A stretch of 35,814 bases of DNA, taken from positions 1 to 35,814 of the IMG/VR virus record IMGVR_UViG_3300025635_001387; one strand, given 5' to 3'. Both the position numbers and the translations under genes were made by a program. A model generated the notes under the pieces. That model made no database searches and had not been told where the DNA came from. It saw only the letters and a list, made by a program, of their open reading frames with translations. How positions within the stretch are numbered: position 1 is the stretch's first letter; every line of letters starts with the position of its first letter. This DNA comes from a virus (Duplodnaviria; Caudoviricetes). Of the stretch, positions 9,154-17,647 are shown in pieces.

Positions 9154-10331
9154 TAGAGCCACCGTTCGGTGAGCCGAAGTGCAGGGCGCACACGTCGCAG
9201 CGACCATTCGACGCCTTCGCCTACGGCATGTGCGTGCAGGTCGCGTGCCTGTGCAGTGAAGTTGAGTGTGGTGCCCGGCCACGCGTCGGGGTGGCCGTTC
9301 AGGTCGTTGGCTTCCAACGCGATCCAACGCCGGAAGCATGAGCGGCATTGACCGCAGGAAGTCATGCCTGGCGTGTAGCACGACCGGGTGCGCACAATGA
9401 CGTCGGTCCAGCCGTTGCGTACACACCATGCGACCGCGTCGGCCTTGGTCATGCTGCCCAATGGTGATGCGAGGCGCACGTCGTACCCTTCGACGGTCAG
9501 GAGCTGTTGCATGGTGAGCAGCCAACGGTGCGACTTGTCGCCACCGTAGATCGGCGTCTCGGCCCACTCGGCAATGTTTCCAAACCAGATCTCGCCCCAC
9601 TGGTCTGTCGCCTGGTACTTGTCGGCAATCGTGTAGACGATGACAGCGTTGCGGGCACGGTCGACATGCTGCCACTGCTGAAACCGAACGGGCCGATGGA
9701 TGTAGTCGACGTCGGTGCCGATGTCGGCGGTGATGGCCTTGACCACATCCCACTCGTCTTGGCTGTACCCCGCGCCGGTGTCGACGTAGGTGGCATGAGT
9801 GGGCAGCCCGGCGGTAAGCGCCATGAGCCATGCGGTGGTGCTGTCGATACCACCCGACAACGGCACGTCGACAAGGAACCGTTCGCTGCGCGCAGGGTCA
9901 GGCGTGTAGTCGGGGTTCTCCCAACATGCGGCCATCTGCGCGGAGAACGGTCCTTGGTCTGCACCGAACGTCAGTGCTTCAAGGTCGCAGCCGTGCGCGA
10001 GGCGTTCGATGTAGGCCTCAAGGACTTCTAACGGGGGGAGCAGGCCACGGTCGTCTACAAACACGTCGGCGGCTGGTTTACTGCCGAGGCAGATCTGCGA
10101 GATGGGCACGTTCCATTCGTCCAACCATTGCCGCACGATGTGGTGATGTGCGGCGGGCCGTGCCGAGAACACGACGACGTTGTAACGGTGTGCGAGCCTG
10201 CGCAGCATGGCGACGAGCTCGAAGTTGGGGAAGTCCAGCTTCTCGCCCTGAGCGAACGGTGCGAGGCAGCCGTCGAGGTCGACGGCGATGGTGAACTGTT
10301 CGTAGCGGTTGCGGACCGGGAAGTGGTTCAT
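9153..10331 (-). CDS. queC: HAD-family phosphatase fused to a QueC-like PP-loop ATPase
   Basis: N-terminal IAVDLDG / FSAR / KP / FVDDR (HAD motifs I-IV). C-terminal LSGGIDST, RN, SPLGSMTK, RSCY...CGQCRSCFRR (QueC Zn site). Confidence 0.85.
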   Translation of the reverse strand: MNHFPVRNRYEQFTIAVDLDGCLAPFAQGEKLDFPNFELVAMLRRLAHRYNVVVFSARPAAHHHIVRQWLDEWNVPISQICLGSKPAADVFVDDRGLLPPLEVLEAYIERLAHGCDLEALTFGADQGPFSAQMAACWENPDYTPDPARSERFLVDVPLSGGIDSTTAWLMALTAGLPTHATYVDTGAGYSQDEWDVVKAITADIGTDVDYIHRPVRFQQWQHVDRARNAVIVYTIADKYQATDQWGEIWFGNIAEWAETPIYGGDKSHRWLLTMQQLLTVEGYDVRLASPLGSMTKADAVAWCVRNGWTDVIVRTRSCYTPGMTSCGQCRSCFRRWIALEANDLNGHPDAWPGTTLNFTAQARDLHAHAVGEGVEWSLRRVRPALRLTERWL

Positions 10332-11242
10332 GGCTGCTCCAGTCGGCGTGCAACTACTCGGGGGACGGGTGCAGCGAACTGCCCGTCGTTGGCGAACGCG
10401 ACTGCCATTTCCACTGTCTCCTGGGTCGTGAGTGCGCTACAGATGCGCGGTCCCGGTGTGCGCCCTGCGAGTCGTTTGGGCGGTTCGGCCACGACACGTT
10501 TGCGTAGGTCGTAGCCGAACGCTGTCATGGCTGCGAGGCCTGCCGTGATGCGCTTGAGGGTGTTGTCGTGCGACAACGGATCTTCGATGATGGCCTTGAT
10601 GCTGAGGCCGTGGTCGGACAGTTCTTGTCGGTAGCGGCGCAGGGTGGGGAAGTCGTTCATCTGCACGGCGGTGACGCGCCCTTCGGTGTAGAGAACCACG
10701 GACCCGAACGTGAGCGACCGGCTGGCAGTGGACACATCGCACGACCAGGGTGCAGCGGCACGAACGCTGCCGCCGCTGCTCATGCCGAGGACGTGGGTGG
10801 CAACACCTCTGCGTCGTGCGCGTTCGACCAGCCCGGCGATGTACGCACGCTTCTTGTCGTTGGAGGGGATGCCGACCAGGCCACCGAGTGCGATGTAGTC
10901 CGTCTCGGCGCACATTGCGTCGAAGTCTGCGAGGCTGGCCCTGCCGGTGTGCACCGGGATGACGTCGTAGCCGCGGTCCCACAGCTTGCGCGTGTTGGCC
11001 CATGTCGCCTTCGCATCGCCAATGACGTCGAGGGTCATGGCGGCGTCGTACACGCCACGCCACCGCTCTAGGTAGTCGGCGTAGGCGTCGAGCGAAATGT
11101 TCATGCCGGTGCGGTGTGCGGTGAACGCACCGGAGTCCACAAGGAGCAGGCCGTCGTTGCCGATGGCGGCACGGATGACGTTGAGGTCGCGGTCCTTGTG
11201 GAACGCGTACGAGAGCAGGAGGTCGATTGTCATGCTGGTCAT
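10328..11242 (-). CDS. dpdA: DpdA/TGT-like DNA guanine transglycosylase
   Basis: TGT-fold motifs LVDSGAFT, LDVIGD, IPVH, IALGGLV, HVLG, SCDVST. Lies between ParB-N and queC, as in known phage dpd clusters. Confidence 0.82.
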   Translation of the reverse strand: MTSMTIDLLLSYAFHKDRDLNVIRAAIGNDGLLLVDSGAFTAHRTGMNISLDAYADYLERWRGVYDAAMTLDVIGDAKATWANTRKLWDRGYDVIPVHTGRASLADFDAMCAETDYIALGGLVGIPSNDKKRAYIAGLVERARRRGVATHVLGMSSGGSVRAAAPWSCDVSTASRSLTFGSVVLYTEGRVTAVQMNDFPTLRRYRQELSDHGLSIKAIIEDPLSHDNTLKRITAGLAAMTAFGYDLRKRVVAEPPKRLAGRTPGPRICSALTTQETVEMAVAFANDGQFAAPVPRVVARRLEQP

Positions 11243-11847
11243 TCGCCGGCCTCACCTTCGACCGGGGGCATGATGCTCTCCAGCTTGTCGTGGTCGGTGT
11301 CGCCTTCCAGCTTGCGGAACCGTTCGATCATCTCGGTGGTGGTGTCGATGACGAGGCGTGGCTGACCGGCAGCCTGCCGCATCTCCTCGGTGATCTCTTC
11401 CATGTCGAGCGCGCCGGGCGGCGTGTCTCGTTCGAGGATGGCGAGCAGGTCGTCCAGGTCGTCGTTGGTCCAGCCGGTGCCGGTGAGCGTTTGGCCGATT
11501 GCAAGGTCGGACAGCACGCGCGCCAGGTCGGCGTCGTCGTAGCTCGCCAGGTCGGCGGTGCGGTTGTCGGCGAGGAGGATGCGGTCGGCGGTGGTGTCGT
11601 CCACGTCGACGTACTGCACCGGCACCTTCTTCATGCCGAGCGCGATGGCAGCTTGCAGTCGGTGGTTGCCTGCGAGGACGTGGCCGGTGGACTTCTGCAC
11701 GATGAGCGCACCGTAGAAGCCGTTGGCTTCGATGGACTGTGCGATCTGTTTGATGTCGCCGCGCCGCGGGTTGTCGGGGTGCACTTTCACGTCGTCCACG
11801 GGGACCAGGGCGGCGGTGCTGTTCACGATGTTGATGTGGGCGCTCAT
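11239..11847 (-). CDS. ParB/Srx N-terminal domain protein associated with the DNA-modification cluster
   Basis: HPDNPRRGDI..IAQSIEANGF...VLAGNHRLQAA...LADNR. Start ATG 11847 overlaps the VRR-NUC stop. Confidence 0.88.
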   Translation of the reverse strand: MSAHINIVNSTAALVPVDDVKVHPDNPRRGDIKQIAQSIEANGFYGALIVQKSTGHVLAGNHRLQAAIALGMKKVPVQYVDVDDTTADRILLADNRTADLASYDDADLARVLSDLAIGQTLTGTGWTNDDLDDLLAILERDTPPGALDMEEITEEMRQAAGQPRLVIDTTTEMIERFRKLEGDTDHDKLESIMPPVEGEAGE

Positions 11848-12155
11848 GGCAGGATCCCTTCGCTGGCGAGACGTTGCTGGACTTCTTCGACGCTGGTCGC
11901 AACGAATGCAACTGCACCGGCTCGTTCCCATCGTTCGATGGCGACGCGTTGGTTGGCGGTGACAGTGCGTTCGGCACCGGGCCGTTTGACTTCGATCTTC
12001 ACGGTGCGCCCGTTGATGCAGGCGTCGATGTCGGGTTCGCCGACGTTGCCGTAAGGACCGCCGTGCACCTTGCGCGCCCACGACCGGGGCAGGCTGCGCA
12101 GGAACGTCACGATCGCCTTAGCGATGGTCGTCTCCTTTGGCGTTGCGCTCACCAC
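11844..12155 (-). CDS. VRR-NUC / PD-(D/E)xK nuclease (Holliday-resolvase-like)
   Basis: ETTIAKAI...KVHGGPYGNVGEPDIDAC...IEVKRPG...Q...GAVAFVATSVEEV. GTG start at 12155 or 12152. Confidence 0.85.
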   Translation of the reverse strand: MVSATPKETTIAKAIVTFLRSLPRSWARKVHGGPYGNVGEPDIDACINGRTVKIEVKRPGAERTVTANQRVAIERWERAGAVAFVATSVEEVQQRLASEGILP

Positions 12156-12175
12156 GGTCGGGGAGCCTATCGGGC

Positions 12176-12214
12176 GAGTGGCCCGGTCCTGGCGCAATCA
12201 GGACCGGGCCACTC
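12176..12214. repeat. Perfect 16-bp inverted repeat GAGTGGCCCGGTCCTG / CAGGACCGGGCCACTC (terminator, processing site or operator)
   Basis: Read directly. Intergenic between UvrD and VRR-NUC; no clear U-tract. Confidence 0.7.
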
Positions 12215-12258
12215 TGAATGCCCCGAGGGGGAGACACTTCCCTCAGGACATTGGAACA

Positions 12259-13923
12259 CTAGGCGCTCTTGGTGCGGACCCACGTGTCTAGCGGCACCGA
12301 CCTCATGCGCCCTTCGCACACGACAAGCTCCTCGCGGGCACGGGTCATGCCGACGTAGAACTGCCGGATGACGTTGTCGCGTTCGCCTCTCCCGTACTCG
12401 TCCATCCATTGCGCCATGCCCTGCGCACTCATGTCGGGCAGGACGTACACAACGTCGGCCTGCCCACCCTTCACCGAGTGGATGGTGCCCACGACTACGG
12501 ACGGTGCCTTACGCAAAGTCTGCGGGCCGTGCGTGCGTGCGACTGCCAACGGGAACTCGTAGGGCGCTGCACGCTTGGCGAGGAGTAACTGCCGGAACGT
12601 GTCGAGGTCGCCTTGCTCTAGGCCGTGCACGGCGTCGCTGGTTTCGTCGGCCCAGAGGCGGGCGCAGGCGTCGGCGTAGTCGGCGACGGCGTTGGCGGTC
12701 TGTCCCTTCAGCCAGGTCTTGGCTCCCCGCTTGAGCAGGCCGTCGGAGCGAAGGGCGTCGAGCCACGCTTGCATCTCGCCCCACGTCCACATGCGTGCCT
12801 GGTCGCCCCATGTGTCGGTGTCGGGGCGCAGGTATGCGAGCAGACGGTCGACGGGCATCTTGCGTTGTGCGGTGCCAGGTGCGAGCGGGTTCCAGTCGCC
12901 GCGCTTCGTGCGGTACGGGTTGTGGAACGGTACGGCCCGCTCGCGCAGCCTGCGCACGATTGGTTGGAGGACGTACCCGCATGTCGCAAGGATCATGACG
13001 GTACGACCTGCTTCGGCTTGTGCACACACGTCGTCGATTAGCGGCTCGGGCATGTGTGCACCGGCCGACAGGATGCGCACGCAACCCTGCACCGGCTCGC
13101 CGTTCTCGGTGCGTGGCGCGTACTCCTTGGCTTCCCGGCGGCGTAGCTGCTCCACCCACGACTGCGCGACACGGTGCACGGCGAGCGGCACCCGGTAGCT
13201 CTGCGACAGCACCTTCTTCTGGCTGTCGGGGAGCGGCGGGTCGAGGAACACGTCGGGGCTGGCACCCTTGAAGGCGTAGATGCACTGGTCGTCGTCGCCT
13301 GCGATGAGCACCGTGTCCATGCGTTCGCCCCAATGGCGAACGAGTGCGAGTTCCAGTGGCGTGAAGTCCTGTGCTTCATCGAACAGGCCGATGCTCGGGT
13401 TGCCGGGTGCGGCGGGCACTTCTTGCAGTGCGAGTTCGATCATGCCGGTGAAGTCGATGAGATCGTTGCTGCTGCACCATGTGTTCCATGCGTCGTGGAA
13501 CCAACGCACGCGAGCGGGCCACCATGCAACGTCGGTCTGCTGGCCGCGTAACGCTTGCGCCTGCATCATGAGCTGGTCGCCTTCGTTGCCGCCTACCGAC
13601 ATGGAGACGTCTTCGGGGTCGTTGTTGCCGCCCGATAGTCGGTAGGCCGGGTGTTCGGCGTTGAAGTCTGCGATGTGGCTCTCGGCCACTTGTCCACGGT
13701 GCAGGCCGAGCGACCGGTAGGCGAACGAGTGCAGGGTGCCAATCTGCTCTCGGCGTAGCGGTAGGTCGCGGCCTGCCATCTCGGCGGCGGCGGTGCGTGT
13801 GAAGCTGGCGAGCATTAGCTGGTCGCTGCCACGTTCGGCTGACCACTTGCGAACCTGTGTTGACAGGAACGTGGTCTTGCCGGTGCCCGGTGGGCCAAAC
13901 ACTCGGTACTCGTTGTCGCTCAC
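12259..13923 (-). CDS. UvrD/PcrA-like SF1 helicase
   Basis: FGPPGTGKT, SFTRTAA, GTLHS, LIDFTGMI, FDEAQD, AGDDDQCIY.FKGA, LSQSYRVP, TIHSVKG, YVGMTRAR. GTG start 13923; the ORF-track extension to 15348 is spurious. Confidence 0.92.
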   Translation of the reverse strand: MSDNEYRVFGPPGTGKTTFLSTQVRKWSAERGSDQLMLASFTRTAAAEMAGRDLPLRREQIGTLHSFAYRSLGLHRGQVAESHIADFNAEHPAYRLSGGNNDPEDVSMSVGGNEGDQLMMQAQALRGQQTDVAWWPARVRWFHDAWNTWCSSNDLIDFTGMIELALQEVPAAPGNPSIGLFDEAQDFTPLELALVRHWGERMDTVLIAGDDDQCIYAFKGASPDVFLDPPLPDSQKKVLSQSYRVPLAVHRVAQSWVEQLRRREAKEYAPRTENGEPVQGCVRILSAGAHMPEPLIDDVCAQAEAGRTVMILATCGYVLQPIVRRLRERAVPFHNPYRTKRGDWNPLAPGTAQRKMPVDRLLAYLRPDTDTWGDQARMWTWGEMQAWLDALRSDGLLKRGAKTWLKGQTANAVADYADACARLWADETSDAVHGLEQGDLDTFRQLLLAKRAAPYEFPLAVARTHGPQTLRKAPSVVVGTIHSVKGGQADVVYVLPDMSAQGMAQWMDEYGRGERDNVIRQFYVGMTRAREELVVCEGRMRSVPLDTWVRTKSA

Positions 13924-13925
13924 GG

Positions 13926-14324
13926 TCAGCTCGCAATCGGGCGGCCGCGCCGACTGGTGCGTGTCGCATGTTGGTAGGCGTCTAGCTGTCCGCGCTGTCT
14001 GCGTTCCAGTTGTTGGTGCAGTTGCTCGGTCAGGTAGTTGCGCAGGAGTGGGCGCAGTGCGTGGTCGTAGCGTGGTGCACGTTCGCCGCGTTCCCATGCT
14101 CGGTACGTCTCGATGCTGACGCCGAGGTGTTTGGCGACGGTGGCTTGCGAGATCTGGCAAGCGGCACGGGCGAGTAGGTACACGTTCGTCTCCAGCGTGT
14201 ACGACCAGCCGCCGTAGAGGTCCCTGGTAAGTCTGTCGAAGGGTGGGACATGCCCTGCAATGTCGATGAGCCTGGTCAGCCTGGCGACGTCGTTGTGGTC
14301 GCCGCCCGGTCCCCGCATTGTCAT
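13926..14324 (-). CDS. XRE-family HTH regulator
   Basis: ISQATVAKHLGVSIETYRAWERGERAP; GGAGG upstream. Confidence 0.75.
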   Translation of the reverse strand: MTMRGPGGDHNDVARLTRLIDIAGHVPPFDRLTRDLYGGWSYTLETNVYLLARAACQISQATVAKHLGVSIETYRAWERGERAPRYDHALRPLLRNYLTEQLHQQLERRQRGQLDAYQHATRTSRRGRPIAS

Positions 14325-14664
14325 TGGTTACCTCCAGTCGGTTTATCCGAAATCCAACGCTGAAAGTTACACGATACTTCCGAGTTGTGGTGTCTACGAA
14401 GTTTGCCCGCGCCGAACCTCGGACAGTCGTTACGCGCCGATGTCGCCGTCTACCTGCGGCAACGAACGCGTAACAGCTTTTCTGCGGTTCACCGCTACAA
14501 ATCAACGAAGCTCCAGGCTCCATATAGGGAACCCGAGGCCACTGCGCGCAGTCGTACCGCTCCCCTACCGTGTGCAGGGCGGGCGACTGTTCGACAACGT
14601 GTCTGGCGGCAGCCCGCACGACCCTCGGGGTCGCGCCCTTATTGCCAAACAGGAGAGCCATGAC

Positions 14665-15210
14665 GTGCAGTCCCGTACCCGCCGCCTCTTGGCGTGCACC
14701 TTCGTCCTTGTCCTCGCCGCCTGCGCCGATGTCGCTAGCGCCCAACGATCCGACGCCCCGTCCACCGCTGCCCCGACCGTGCCCGCCACCGTCGAGACAA
14801 CCACGACCACCGTGGACCCCGCAGCAGTAGCCGCATGGTTCGAGGCGGTCGCCGCCAACCAACGAGCCGAGCAGGCCCGCCTCGCCGCCGAGGCCGAACG
14901 GCAGCGGCAACGCACCACCACCACGCAACGCACATCGCGGTCTGCGCAGACCGGGTCGGCCGGCGGTCTGACCCCGGCGCAGAACGCGTGCGCCATCCCC
15001 GACTACATCTGCCGTCGGGAGAGCAACATGACCACCAACGCAAAGAACCCCCACTCGACAGCGAGCGGCAAGTACCAGTTCCTCGACAGCACATGGAACG
15101 GATACGGCGGCTACCAACACGCGAGCGATGCACCCGAGGCGGTGCAGGATGCCAAGGCACGCGAGTTGTGGAACGGTGGGCGTGGCTGCTCGCACTGGAG
15201 TGCGTGTTGA
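14665..15210 (+). CDS. Lipoprotein with C-terminal Rpf/lysozyme-like transglycosylase domain
   Basis: GTG start after AGGAGAG. Signal MQSRTRRLLACTFVLVLAAC (lipobox-like), Thr/Ala-rich linker, then ICRRES...ASGKYQFLDSTW..YGG...ASDAPEAVQDAKA..LW...G.SHW.AC. Confidence 0.82.
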   Translation: MQSRTRRLLACTFVLVLAACADVASAQRSDAPSTAAPTVPATVETTTTTVDPAAVAAWFEAVAANQRAEQARLAAEAERQRQRTTTTQRTSRSAQTGSAGGLTPAQNACAIPDYICRRESNMTTNAKNPHSTASGKYQFLDSTWNGYGGYQHASDAPEAVQDAKARELWNGGRGCSHWSAC

Positions 15211-15341
15211 CCGATGCGGTCCCGCCGACGTGTTCGGTCTGCGGTGCGGCAATGACTGTCGCACCGTGGACCGGGCGTTGGCGTTGTCTGTTGCAAGATT
15301 GTCGTGCGCGCGTTGCTGCGCAGCGAGCAGCGTTGTCGTGA
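15207..15341 (+). CDS. Small Cys-rich (Zn-ribbon-like) hypothetical protein
   Basis: TTG overlapping the Rpf stop; PTCSVCG...WRCLLQDC. Confidence 0.4.
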   Translation: MTDAVPPTCSVCGAAMTVAPWTGRWRCLLQDCRARVAAQRAALS

Positions 15342-15502
15342 GCGACACGCGCCCGTGGTGGCCGATGAAGTTCGCGCCGCAGCCCTGTCATGTTTGTCGT
15401 GTGCCGTCCGAGGTGCGCGAGCTTGTCGTGTGCGATCACGGTGACCCGAAGGTCATGTGGTTGCGGCACGACGCCTGCACCTGCGCGACCTGCGGCGCGT
15501 AG
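15338..15502 (+). CDS. Small Cys/His-rich hypothetical protein
   Basis: GTGA overlap; MSDTRPWWPMKFAPQPCHVC...CDHG...HDACTCATCGA. Confidence 0.4.
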   Translation: MSDTRPWWPMKFAPQPCHVCRVPSEVRELVVCDHGDPKVMWLRHDACTCATCGA

Positions 15503-15621
15503 GCCTGCCCGCAGGCCCGCCGGGTGCCCTGCCGGGACACCTACCTATATGGAGGTGCGTTTCGCCTGGTAGGACGGGGTGGTTGTTGTTGTTGCCAGCG
15601 GGAGGCTACGGTGTGCCCCAA

Positions 15622-16346
15622 CGGGGCGCAGCCGCAAGGCAGACAAGGCCCCGAGGCACGGGAAGGCACGGCGCAGCCGCAAGGCAGACAAGGCCCGCCC
15701 ACCCGGTCGGCACAGCGCCCGACACGCCGACAGCACATTGACAACCGAGTGCACCGGACGCAGCGCAGCCGAGAGGCAGACCATGCTGGTCCGAAGGGCA
15801 CTCACCAACCACCACCGCCGCACCGAGCAGGACCGGACAAAGGCTCCTAGCGTGGTCGACCAGCCGCAAGGCAGAGCGGGCGTGACGAACAGCGCAGCCG
15901 AGAGGCAGACAATGCTGCACGCACCGCACAGTGCAACCACGGGAGGGGACAGGGCAATGCGTGAAAGTGCAGCGGGCCGTTGCAGGGAACGAACCCCGGC
16001 AGGTGGTTGGGACATAGACGCAACGATGCAGCACGACAAGCGCGTGAGCGACCACGTTGGCGCTGCGGCAAGTGGAGCGACGGAGCAAGGTGGCGCAGCC
16101 GAAAGGCAGCCAAGACCACAACCGACGCAACGAAGCGAACCGCACGCAGCCTGAAGCACTAGACACGAACCGCCGCACGGCGGGCCGTTGGAGCAAGTGG
16201 CCGACAGACGCAGCCCCGAGCAGCCGCACCGACTACCCATTACGAGGACCCAGGTTGCACCGCAACCTACGGAGCGGCGAAAGCGGAACACCGTTGTTGT
16301 AGCGATGCCGTAGCGCAGCCGAAAGGCAGACAAGGCGCGGCGTTGA
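15622..16346 (+). ncRNA. Putative structured RNA region with 7 copies of GCGCA-GCC-GNRA-GGC-AGACAAKGC
   Basis: Copies start at about 15626, 15671, 15763, 15861 (partial), 15892, 16093 and 16313. Loops are GCAA, GCAA, GAGA, GCAA, GAGA, GAAA, GAAA. The outer stems differ in sequence but still pair. The repeat itself is certain; the RNA call is inference. Confidence 0.55.
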
Positions 16347-16568
16347 TGCAACGTGTCGAACGGAACCGCAACCCTGACGGGGTGGAGTGCTTCTCATCGT
16401 GGGTTCGTTCCCGTGTGACCACGTGCGAACAACGTGGTACCTCAGCCTGCCGGTAACGGCAGCGAGGTCCGGTGACGGAGAGTGCGGCAACGACGCAACC
16501 CTGCGCCGTTGTCGCGTTCGCTGTTCCTGAGACCAACAGCACCCACCAACACAAGGGAGACACACCCA

Positions 16569-16883
16569 ATGCGCACCAACGACATCTACTTCACGGGCCT
16601 GAGCGACGAAACCCGCGACGCCTGCCTCGACTACGCCCTCAAGGCAACCACCGACAAGGAAGTGCTGGAGGCACACCGTGCCGTCGACCTGCACTTCACA
16701 CGCGAAGACGTTGCCCACGAGTACGCCAAGGCAGAGCGGGAGCGTTACGCACTCGGCCTGGCGCTCGACGCCGTCGACAAGTGCACCGACACCGACGCCT
16801 ACGACATGATCGACGCCGCGTACGACCGGGCCGAGAAGCTTGCCTTCTTCCTGGCAGAAAACCTCGACGACCGCAACGACTGA
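16569..16883 (+). CDS. Hypothetical early protein (acidic, helical)
   Basis: AAGGGAGACAC RBS; MRTNDIYFTG...; GC3-rich codons. Confidence 0.8.
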   Translation: MRTNDIYFTGLSDETRDACLDYALKATTDKEVLEAHRAVDLHFTREDVAHEYAKAERERYALGLALDAVDKCTDTDAYDMIDAAYDRAEKLAFFLAENLDDRND

Positions 16884-16916
16884 ACGGCCACCAACCGAAC
16901 AAGGAGAACAACCAAC

Positions 16917-17207
16917 ATGAGCACGTTCGAAGAGATCGCAGCCGAGGGGCGCATTCCCCTGCCCGCCATGCCCGACGCCGTCGGCCAGCCGATTCGACTG
17001 CGCGGCTACGGCGGCGAGGTGCGCCGCTGGATGGTGGAGGCCGACGTCGAAGCCGAGGTCATCGGCTTCACGGCGAAGGGCTTCCCGTACCTGAAGATCA
17101 GCGGCGCTGCCGTTACCAACCACTGCGGCCGCGACTCGATCATGGTGGCCGACCGCAGCGGTTGCGCCGTGCGCGTCGACGCCAACGGCTCGGTCGTGTA
17201 CGCCTAG
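16917..17207 (+). CDS. Hypothetical early protein
   Basis: AAGGAG RBS; 96 aa. Confidence 0.8.
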   Translation: MSTFEEIAAEGRIPLPAMPDAVGQPIRLRGYGGEVRRWMVEADVEAEVIGFTAKGFPYLKISGAAVTNHCGRDSIMVADRSGCAVRVDANGSVVYA

Positions 17208-17306
17208 TCGCTACGGAAGCGACGGCAGGTGCAGCACCGGCTTCGGTCGGTGCTGCGTCTGCTGTTTCCAACCGACAGCACTCCAACGAGACACGGGAGA
17301 CACCCC

Positions 17307-17618
17307 ATGAACCAGACCACTGCACCCAACACCACGTTCGGCGTGGCCGTCACGATCACCAAGCGGCACGGCGCGTTCCTGATCGAGATCCACAACCCGG
17401 TCGCCAAGGCAGCAGCCGAAGCTGCGATCGACGCAGCGACGTTCAGCACGTTCGGCAAGACGAAGGTCGTGCACACCACCTGCGCTGGCAAGATCAGCGA
17501 GGCGGTGCGCGTCGGCGTCGCGATGGCGCAGCATGTCGGCTGGGAGATCAACCCGGCCGACGAGGACGACACGTACTCGGCCCGCAAGCGCACCCAGTGC
17601 ATCTACGGCCGGTCGTGA
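17307..17618 (+). CDS. Hypothetical early protein
   Basis: GGGAGACAC RBS; MNQTTAPNTT... Confidence 0.78.
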   Translation: MNQTTAPNTTFGVAVTITKRHGAFLIEIHNPVAKAAAEAAIDAATFSTFGKTKVVHTTCAGKISEAVRVGVAMAQHVGWEINPADEDDTYSARKRTQCIYGRS

Positions 17619-17647
17619 CGCAGACCACACCAACGAGGAGGACGGCA

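Noticed and set aside
7396-9831. Long N-terminal extensions of the folE, queD and sulfotransferase ORFs as larger fusions
   Set aside because: They are alternate-frame read-through of the upstream genes. True starts overlap the upstream stops (ATGA/TAATG).
9153-11242. QatABCD or type IV CBASS defence system (QueC + TGT-like)
   Set aside because: No QatA/TatD or cyclase/effector genes. Full folE-queD-queE plus ParB next to the terminase fits phage DNA modification.
13924-15348. 1029-aa UvrD with a long N-terminal extension
   Set aside because: The extension overlaps the HTH gene and is antisense to the Rpf gene. Helicase motif I begins right after GTG 13923.
15738-15766. TTGACA as a sigma-A -35 box
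   Set aside because: No TANNNT at 16-19 nt spacing.
15622-16346. CRISPR array interpretation of the GNRA repeats
   Set aside because: Spacing is highly irregular, the repeats vary internally and pair with their flanks, and no cas genes are in the window.
15524-16351. ORFs 15524..15850, 15579..16154, 15545..16351 and 15606..16229
   Set aside because: No convincing RBS, low-complexity translations, and repeat copies fall in different frames. Treated as chance ORFs in GC-rich DNA.
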